Positions 57,523-64,000 of a DNA stretch of 64,000 nucleotides are shown piece by piece. A program made the translations under genes and the position numbers. The notes under the pieces are model-generated. The model saw only the letters and a list, made by a program, of their open reading frames with translations, had not been told where the DNA came from and made no database searches. The stretch's first letter is position 1, and each line of letters opens with the position of its first letter. The stretch is from Bacteroidales bacterium (GTDB lineage: Bacteria > Bacteroidota > Bacteroidia > Bacteroidales > UBA10428), in the NCBI GenBank assembly GCA_016931575.1, contig JAFGEO010000004.1, positions 172 through 64,171 on the forward strand, given 5' to 3'.

Positions 57523-58270
57523 ATTTTTTCTTATTGTGTTCCTTTATAAATTGATCCAGAGCCATTGTCATGGATGGAGCATTGGGCATCGGGGCCTGAA
57601 GATCAAGACGAAGTCCAGCCTCTTTAACTGCCCGCGCAGTTGAATTTCCGAAAGATGCAATCTTAGTTTCATTCTGCTTAAATTCCGGGAAATTCGATAA
57701 TAAGGATTTAATACCCGATGGGCTGAAAAACACCAGTACATCGTAATTTATCATAGACAAGTCAGACAGGTCACTGCTGACAGTCAGATAAAGTATAGCT
57801 ATTGTATACTTTAGCTTGTGCTCGGATAACAATTCAGGAATTTCCCTCTTATGTTGATCCGAAAGAGGAACAAGAAATTTTTCATTCTTGTGCTTATCCA
57901 ACACTTCCATTAAGTCATTGAACCGGCCTTTGCCGAAAAAAATCTTCCGTTTCCTGTACACAATGTACTTCTGGAGATAATGTGCTATAGACTCAGATGT
58001 ACAAAAATACTTCATGCAATCAGGCACATTTACCCTCATTTCATTACTGACCCGGAAAAAATGATCAATCGCAGTCTTACTAGTAAAAATAACTGCGGTG
58101 TGATCCAGAATATTAATTCTGTGTTTACGAAATTCTTTAGTTTCTACCGGTTCAACGTGAATGAAAGGACGGAAATCAATTTTTACATTGTTTTTTTCAG
58201 CAATTTCAAAGTAGGGATTCTTGTCATGCTGGGGCTCAGGTTGAGATACCAGAATTTTTTTAATCTTCAT
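57521..58270 (-). CDS. hemD: uroporphyrinogen-III synthase
   Basis: 249 aa with the two-lobed HemD pattern ('ILVSQP', 'VIFTSKTAIDHF', 'LVFFSPSGIKS'). Confidence 0.85.
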   Translation of the reverse strand: MKIKKILVSQPEPQHDKNPYFEIAEKNNVKIDFRPFIHVEPVETKEFRKHRINILDHTAVIFTSKTAIDHFFRVSNEMRVNVPDCMKYFCTSESIAHYLQKYIVYRKRKIFFGKGRFNDLMEVLDKHKNEKFLVPLSDQHKREIPELLSEHKLKYTIAILYLTVSSDLSDLSMINYDVLVFFSPSGIKSLLSNFPEFKQNETKIASFGNSTARAVKEAGLRLDLQAPMPNAPSMTMALDQFIKEHNKKK

Positions 58271-58298
58271 ATCTGCAATTCTCCTTATGTAACTTCTT

Positions 58299-59372
58299 CT
58301 ATCTCAGCAAAATAATTATTCTTGAACCTATCACAATGGGTAGTAGTTCAAGCGTACAAAGGTACAAAATTGCATAAAATATCAAAACTCCATTTTTTAT
58401 TATTATCTGAAAACCTCTGATAATGCGGAATATAGTTGACAAAACAAACATTCCAATGCCAATAAACAGCATGATTTTGGAGTAAAAAGGATTGGTATAA
58501 ATAGAAATAAAGACCAGCGGAAGAAGAAATAGTCCGAGGTTTTTGTTTAACAGGTAATAAGTATGCAGCTGAGCGTTCACTGCATTTGTCCAGTCAAAGA
58601 TGAACCCTATGCCGTAATAGATCAGGTAACGGGCCAGAAGAATACCCAGAACAATGCCCAAAATAAACAGGTAATCCTGGTATGTATGGTTATAAAAACT
58701 TAAGCCATAGGTTTGGGATATTAACAGAATAAAAAGGCTGAAAGTCAAAATGTAGTTAAGGTTCATCATGAAAAATGCCCGACGTATCACTGTGTTTTTT
58801 TCACGGAACATAGTATCCGCCAACTGCGAATTCACCAGGGTGTTTATCACCCTGGTAACAAACTTCTGGTAATAAATCTTCAGAAATAACAAGATCATCA
58901 GACTAAGCAGACCGATCACGAGGGTCCAATTAAACTGATTTTTTGTATTGACCCGTTGTTGAAAGGAGAGGTTGTCATCCGGTAATACCGCATGCATTCC
59001 CTCCCACCCTGGGTAGGGTTTATAATCTACCTCTTTGTGTCCATGATGGTACAGATTAATGGGATCAAAATGAATATTGCTTAGAATCAGGGCATCAGAA
59101 TCCATTTCCTGTTTTCCATTATCCACCGATAGATTCCTTGTTAACCCTTCGTCATTCGCCACCCTTGCTGAGCTTACCTGAACTGATGATTGAGCATTCG
59201 GCTTCTGATATGCTGGAATTAAAGGTTTTGATCTTGTTGCGGAGGGAATGGCGACTTCCGAGACCGTATCATTACCCGTACTTCCGGATGAAACCGAAAT
59301 TGACGCCTCAGCCTGACTGGTGCTGTCCTGTATAATCCGTATTATATAGGTTTTGGAAATCATGTTCCCCAC
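58299..59372 (-). CDS. DUF4271-like polytopic membrane protein
   Basis: 357 aa with a Ser-rich N-terminal region and about 6 TM spans. Adjacency to hemD is typical in Bacteroidota. Confidence 0.7.
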   Translation of the reverse strand: MGNMISKTYIIRIIQDSTSQAEASISVSSGSTGNDTVSEVAIPSATRSKPLIPAYQKPNAQSSVQVSSARVANDEGLTRNLSVDNGKQEMDSDALILSNIHFDPINLYHHGHKEVDYKPYPGWEGMHAVLPDDNLSFQQRVNTKNQFNWTLVIGLLSLMILLFLKIYYQKFVTRVINTLVNSQLADTMFREKNTVIRRAFFMMNLNYILTFSLFILLISQTYGLSFYNHTYQDYLFILGIVLGILLARYLIYYGIGFIFDWTNAVNAQLHTYYLLNKNLGLFLLPLVFISIYTNPFYSKIMLFIGIGMFVLSTIFRIIRGFQIIIKNGVLIFYAILYLCTLELLPIVIGSRIIILLR

Positions 59373-59382
59373 TGACTTGAAT

Positions 59383-59712
59383 TCAACTGTTCAATTTCGG
59401 ATTATTTTTATGCCTGTCAGCATCTCTCCGGGTTTTTTTCTCAATGTTTTTCTCTATGGCACTGGAAAGATCCGTTTGAGTCTGATTAGACAGGCACAAG
59501 AGTACAAAAAAAACATCCGCCAGCTCATCTGCGATATCCTCCACAGGTTCTGATTCCTTTCTGCTTTGCTCTCCATACTTTCTGGCCATAAGTCGTGCCA
59601 ATTCCCCTACCTCCTCCATGAGTACAGCTAAATTGGTAAGCTCCCCAAAGTACCGGACTCCATACGTGCTGATCCATTGATCTACTTTTTGTTGTGCTTC
59701 GCTGATCGTCAT
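59383..59712 (-). CDS. MazG-like nucleotide pyrophosphohydrolase
   Basis: 109 aa with the 'EEVGELAR' and 'ELADVFF' metal-binding helices. Confidence 0.85.
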   Translation of the reverse strand: MTISEAQQKVDQWISTYGVRYFGELTNLAVLMEEVGELARLMARKYGEQSRKESEPVEDIADELADVFFVLLCLSNQTQTDLSSAIEKNIEKKTRRDADRHKNNPKLNS

Positions 59713-60164
59713 TATTCCCTGTTTTTTGTATCCATCAGTATTGTAACCGGACCGTCATTTACCAGGGACACCTTCATGTCCGCGCCAAAGACCCCTGAAG
59801 CCACCTTCTGTGAACTCACCACTTCCAGCTGATGAATAAATTCCTCATATAACTGATTCGCCTGCTCAGGTTTGGAAGCTTTTATAAAGGATGGCCTGTT
59901 TCCTTTCCTGGTACTGGCATGCAGGGTGAACTGACTAATCACAAGCATTTGTCCTCCAACTTCAGCCAGGGACAGGTTCATGACACCTTGCTGGTCATTA
60001 AAAATCCTCAACTGATAGATTTTCTTTACCAACCAGTCTATATCTTCATGATTGTCCTGGTCCCCGATACCCAGTAAAATCAGCAAGCCCTTTTGAATCG
60101 CTGAATGCATGTCTCCATCTATCTTCACTGAAGCATTTTGAACCCTTTGAATTACAGCTCTCAT
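59712..60164 (-). CDS. dtd: D-aminoacyl-tRNA deacylase
   Basis: 150 aa with 'MRAVIQRV', 'SQFTL' and 'NDGPVT'. Confidence 0.95.
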   Translation of the reverse strand: MRAVIQRVQNASVKIDGDMHSAIQKGLLILLGIGDQDNHEDIDWLVKKIYQLRIFNDQQGVMNLSLAEVGGQMLVISQFTLHASTRKGNRPSFIKASKPEQANQLYEEFIHQLEVVSSQKVASGVFGADMKVSLVNDGPVTILMDTKNRE

Positions 60165-60429
60165 ACAATGTCAGAAATTATTTCACACTTCATTTATACC
60201 CTGGTAAACACACCGGTACGAAATTAAGAATTTCATACATTAACCTGCAGGTATTGATCAGCGAGTTATGAAAGAAGAGAATTTTCGTTGCTTTTCAACC
60301 TCATACCCTCAGGGATATTCAGGTTTGACAAAAAATGCATTGCAGGCATTTCCTGGCATGCGACAAAACTTTAAATGTTATTATTCGTTAAAAAAGTATT
60401 CTCCGGCCCGGGTAAACAACTTTTTGAAT

Positions 60430-60437
60430 TAATTTTG
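60430..60437 (+). promoter_or_regulatory. candidate Bacteroidota -7 promoter box for the S41 peptidase gene
   Basis: TAATTTTG is an exact match to TAnnTTTG and lies 18 nt upstream of the ATG at 60455. Confidence 0.35.
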
Positions 60438-60454
60438 CTACAATCACTTATGAT

Positions 60455-62152
60455 ATGAAGAAGATAATTTCCCGTAAGAAACTCCAGCTTATCCTGCTAA
60501 TTGGATTGCTCACTATTGGGTCCTTTGTTATTTATGCCTTGAATGACAAGGATTTTAAGATTGCCAAAAACCTTGACATTTTTGTAACCCTTTTTAAGGA
60601 AATCGACCTTTACTATGTTGATGACAAAGACCCTGAAGATTTGATCAACTCCAGTATAGAAGGTATGCTTGAATCCCTGGATCCCTATACAACTTTCATT
60701 CCTGAAAAAGAAATGGACGATTTCAGATTCATGACAACCGGAGAATATGGAGGCATTGGTGCCCTGATCCGCAAAGCAGGGGATTACACCATTATTTCTG
60801 AACCCTATGAAGGTTCCCCGGCTTACAAGGCAGGACTAAAAGCAGGTGATACCTTAATCATGATTGACGGCATTTCTGTCCGCAACAAGCCATCAGACAA
60901 AGTCAGTGAGCTCCTCAAGGGAACTCCCAATACTGAAGTAGTTCTAAGTATCAAGCGAACTGCCAGCGATACCCTGGTAAAAAGATTTCAGCGGGAAAAA
61001 ATTGTAATCCCAAACGTGCCGTATTATGGCTTTGTTGATGAAACTGTCGGCTATATACAGCTCTCAAACTTCACAAAAAATGCCGGCAAGGAAGTTCGAA
61101 ATGCTTTTACTGAACTAAAAGCCAGCGGTGCGACTGCTATAATACTTGACCTACGGGGCAATCCTGGCGGATTATTAAATGAAGCTGTGGATGTTGCAAA
61201 CATCTGGGTGGATAAAGGAATGGAAATCGTTAATACTCATGGAAAAGCCAAGCAGTGGGATAATACCTATGTAACCAACAAACAGGCACTGGACATTTCC
61301 ATACCCCTTGTGGTACTTGTTAACCGTGGCTCAGCCTCAGCTTCGGAAATTGTTGCCGGTTCACTTCAGGATCTTGACAGAGCTTTAATTGTAGGCGAAC
61401 GAACCTTTGGAAAAGGATTGGTCCAAACCACCCGAAAACTCAGTTATAACACACACCTGAAAATTACTACTGCGAAATACTATATTCCCAGCGGCCGATG
61501 TATCCAGGCTCTTGACTACGCACACCGCAATGAGGACGGAAGTGTTGGGTACATCCCCGATTCGCTGATCTCAGAATTTAAAACCTCCAACGGACGCACG
61601 GTTTATGACGGAGGAGGTATAAAGCCTGATATTACTATTAAAATTGATAACCCAGCCAATATTACCCTGAGCCTATACATAAATTCCCTTCTCTTTGATT
61701 ATGCCACCCTTTATTCCAGGTCGCATGATTCGATTGCAGCTCCTGAAGAATTTAAGGTTTCTGATGAGGTCTACGCAGATTTTATAAAATTCCTGAAAAA
61801 TAAGGAATTCAACTATAACACCAACAGCAAGGACCAACTGGATGCCCTGATCAAGGCTTCAAAAGCCGAAGGCTACTATTCCCTGGCCGAAAATGAGCTG
61901 GAATCTCTTTCAAAAAAGCTTGATGCTGACCCTGAAAGGGATCTTCTCACTTTCAAATCCGAAATCGGGGACGTTCTGACTGACGAGATCATTAGCAGGT
62001 ACTTTTATCAAAAAGGAAGGATCATTTCCAGCCTTCGCAACGACGTACAGCTTGAAAAAGCCATCGAACTGCTGAAGGATCCGGCTGAAATACATGCCAT
62101 GCTAACTTCCCCGCATGAAATTGGGGAGTACGTTGCCCTTAGAAAGCAGTAG
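60455..62152 (+). CDS. S41 family C-terminal processing peptidase
   Basis: 565 aa with a PDZ segment ('GSPAYKAGLKAGDTLIMIDG'), 'LRGNPGG', the Ser motif 'GSASASEIVAG' and the Lys motif 'TFGKGLVQ'. Confidence 0.9.
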   Translation: MKKIISRKKLQLILLIGLLTIGSFVIYALNDKDFKIAKNLDIFVTLFKEIDLYYVDDKDPEDLINSSIEGMLESLDPYTTFIPEKEMDDFRFMTTGEYGGIGALIRKAGDYTIISEPYEGSPAYKAGLKAGDTLIMIDGISVRNKPSDKVSELLKGTPNTEVVLSIKRTASDTLVKRFQREKIVIPNVPYYGFVDETVGYIQLSNFTKNAGKEVRNAFTELKASGATAIILDLRGNPGGLLNEAVDVANIWVDKGMEIVNTHGKAKQWDNTYVTNKQALDISIPLVVLVNRGSASASEIVAGSLQDLDRALIVGERTFGKGLVQTTRKLSYNTHLKITTAKYYIPSGRCIQALDYAHRNEDGSVGYIPDSLISEFKTSNGRTVYDGGGIKPDITIKIDNPANITLSLYINSLLFDYATLYSRSHDSIAAPEEFKVSDEVYADFIKFLKNKEFNYNTNSKDQLDALIKASKAEGYYSLAENELESLSKKLDADPERDLLTFKSEIGDVLTDEIISRYFYQKGRIISSLRNDVQLEKAIELLKDPAEIHAMLTSPHEIGEYVALRKQ

Positions 62153-62981
62153 ATATTTTTTTTGAACCGATGTAAGCTTCTATTTTCTGATTGTATCGCT
62201 GCATCAGTTCACGCAGGGTAGAATTCCGGGGATCATAATTCAATTGTTCAATTCTGCGAACCGGAAGTATTTTGGGTGAGGTTCCACATATAAAGGCAGC
62301 TTCGTAAGCAGCCAGTTCATCCAATGTAATTTTGCGGAAAAGACACTCAACCCCACAGTCTTTTGCCGATTCAAGTACGTAGTGCCGTGTTATGCCCTTC
62401 AGCACAAGCTGATCAGGGGCCGTATACAACTTCCCATCATGGATCAGGAAGAAATTTGATTTACTTCCCTCAGTAATCAGATTGTCCTGGTTGATCAGAA
62501 GCGCTTCATAGATCCCCTTGCTATCCAAAACGGGATAAAGCTTCTCCCTAATTGAATCACTAACTGAAACCTGTTTTAAATTCGGATCGGGCCGGGAGAC
62601 AGCATGAAGCATTACCTGAACACCCTGATTATAGTCTTCAGCATCAGGATATTTATGAGGAATGTAATAGCATGCATACTGAAATTCTGATCCCTGCGAA
62701 GTGCATAGTAATTTGATATTGCCAAGTCTGTTCTCATTTTTCCTGATCAGGTATAAAAGCACTTCTTCCAACTCTGTTTCCAAATTTTCCGGGCAATACC
62801 CCAGGATCAGGGCACCGGCTCTCAAACGACTCAAATGATCTTCAAGAAAAATCACTACTCCGTCAATTACCCTCATCACTTCATACAAATCAAATGCAGA
62901 GGGATCATACAAAAAATCAGCATGTTCACACGATTTCAAATTATTGTTTTCAATGAAAAAGTTACCTGCAAGAGTATCCAT
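62139..62981 (-). CDS. class IV aminotransferase (aminodeoxychorismate lyase / D-amino-acid aminotransferase-like)
   Basis: I take the start at MDTLAGNFF (62981), which removes the overlap with the upstream gene. The fold-type IV pattern 'EGSKSNFFLI', 'GITR' is present. Its 3' end overlaps the convergent S41 gene by 14 nt. Confidence 0.75.
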   Translation of the reverse strand: MDTLAGNFFIENNNLKSCEHADFLYDPSAFDLYEVMRVIDGVVIFLEDHLSRLRAGALILGYCPENLETELEEVLLYLIRKNENRLGNIKLLCTSQGSEFQYACYYIPHKYPDAEDYNQGVQVMLHAVSRPDPNLKQVSVSDSIREKLYPVLDSKGIYEALLINQDNLITEGSKSNFFLIHDGKLYTAPDQLVLKGITRHYVLESAKDCGVECLFRKITLDELAAYEAAFICGTSPKILPVRRIEQLNYDPRNSTLRELMQRYNQKIEAYIGSKKISTAF

Positions 62982-62985
62982 AATT

Positions 62986-63699
62986 TTATTGTGCACTAAA
63001 TTTATAGGTGATGGTGCCCTGATCCTTATCACTGGCGTTTTGGTCCACGCTAAACAGTGTCTGTCGGGCTGCCTCCAGGGAATTTTTTACCAGACAATTG
63101 TTTTCAGGATCTGCAGAAAGTAATTTTGCATCTGTTACTTTTCCGGCCCTGTTTACGGTTATTGCAACAGTTATTTTGCCTGCTATTTCACATTTGTAGG
63201 AAGGTATTTTCGGTCTGATCATTTTCCGGGCACCCAGATCAAACTCAAGCGTAACATTTCCTTTTATTTTTACTGCCCCCGGCTCGAGCTTTTCCCCTTC
63301 CTCCCTTTTCTCCATTTTTTCGTTGTCCAGGGAGAATTCTGCAGTTTCAGGTAAGTTGTCGGGATGCAGGTCTTCAATACCCTCTTCTTCCATGATCTGC
63401 CTTTCAATTTCATAAGCACTTTCCCGGGTCATCTGACTTTCAGCGCTGGAGACTGCATTGATCAACTCTTCCTGTTGTAAATCACCAACCTGGGATTCGG
63501 GCTGAAGTGCTCGTTCCATAAGCAATTTTTCTAAGATTTCAGCTTCTGACGGATCGAATCTGATCTCGATAGGACCCGAATCGTGATGTTCCACTTTTCT
63601 GATATGAGCAAATAAGGCAAACACCAGGATTAATAAATGGATGGCGATTGCACCAAGGATGCCTGTGACAATATTTTTTTCCTCTTCGCGTAAAAACAT
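62986..63699 (-). CDS. TonB-like energy transducer (TM anchor, acidic linker, TonB_C-like domain)
   Basis: 237 aa with a TM span 'GILGAIAIHLLILVFALF', a Glu-rich linker, and a C-terminal 'GKITVAITVNRAGKVTDAKLLS'. Confidence 0.65.
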   Translation of the reverse strand: MFLREEEKNIVTGILGAIAIHLLILVFALFAHIRKVEHHDSGPIEIRFDPSEAEILEKLLMERALQPESQVGDLQQEELINAVSSAESQMTRESAYEIERQIMEEEGIEDLHPDNLPETAEFSLDNEKMEKREEGEKLEPGAVKIKGNVTLEFDLGARKMIRPKIPSYKCEIAGKITVAITVNRAGKVTDAKLLSADPENNCLVKNSLEAARQTLFSVDQNASDKDQGTITYKFSAQ

Positions 63700-64000
63700 C
63701 TCAGGAGATAAACTACGAAAATAGGAAAATGTTATGCATTATTGACTTAGTCTGCTGAATTATCACATGATTTCATCCCATATCACATGCTTAAGCCTGT
63801 TCTCATCAGAATACCCTGAAGACTTCCGGGAGTATTGCCAACTCCTTACTCATCAAAAAGTATTGCTCAATCCAAAACAGATGGTCTCAATCAGCCCAGA
63901 AATAGAACTTGAAGCCAGGCGATTTTAGGATTTTTCCCAGGATATGTTCCAGGCTTTATAGGCCTGGCTATTCCTTAGTGAAATAAGCTTTTCGATTAGA

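Noticed and set aside
1-64000. Window-wide scan for CRISPR repeats, rRNA/tRNA genes, transposases/integrases, phage genes, toxin-antitoxin pairs, and invertible-promoter-type inverted repeats flanking 150-400 bp.
   Set aside because: I found none by eye. All intergenic inverted repeats enclose 50 nt or less and are better explained as hairpins or terminators. A computational tRNA, ncRNA and repeat scan would be needed to exclude small elements rigorously.

Overview
This looks like a core chromosomal segment of a Bacteroidota genome. Evidence: a PorZ-like T9SS protein with a C-terminal sorting domain, a DUF2723 giant membrane protein, the ftsX-DUF3098-uppP-truB-queA gene string, TAnnTTTG-like -7 boxes, and little Shine-Dalgarno signal. 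I call about 58 protein-coding genes at high coding density. I saw no rRNA, tRNA, CRISPR array, transposase, integrase or phage genes.

Main content:
- Left end: an arginine/proline/TCA block on the minus strand (argG-argH-proB-like-proB-proA-citrate synthase, very tightly spaced). Upstream are argR and a divergent carB, with a tandem ARG-box-like operator between them. carA lies about 27 kb away.
- A stand-alone hybrid histidine kinase.
- A tight plus-strand string xth-MFS-PfkB kinase-SRPBCC-U32 peptidase.
- Transporters (MATE, EamA).
- An exported TldD/TldE-like pair followed by HAD hydrolase and methyltransferase genes.
- Polyprenyl synthase convergent with DUF2723.
- Housekeeping genes: queA, truB, uppP, ftsX, ilvE, rdgB, recO, hemD, dtd, and an S41 protease.

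I did not find a clear-cut defence island or mobile element. The candidates most worth a second look are:
1. A degenerate, probably catalytically dead ProB paralogue wedged between argH and proB.
2. proBA embedded in an ArgR-linked arg operon with citrate synthase.
3. A structured hairpin/U-tract element filling the argR-argG spacer.
4. A 947-aa secreted HExxH + beta-propeller + beta-barrel-like protein, next to an orphan 253-aa protein.
5. Two orphan SiaC-like DUF1987 genes, each isolated on the plus strand with its own terminator and a divergent small ORF.

All functional calls come from my own reading of motifs in the translated ORFs. No database search was run.
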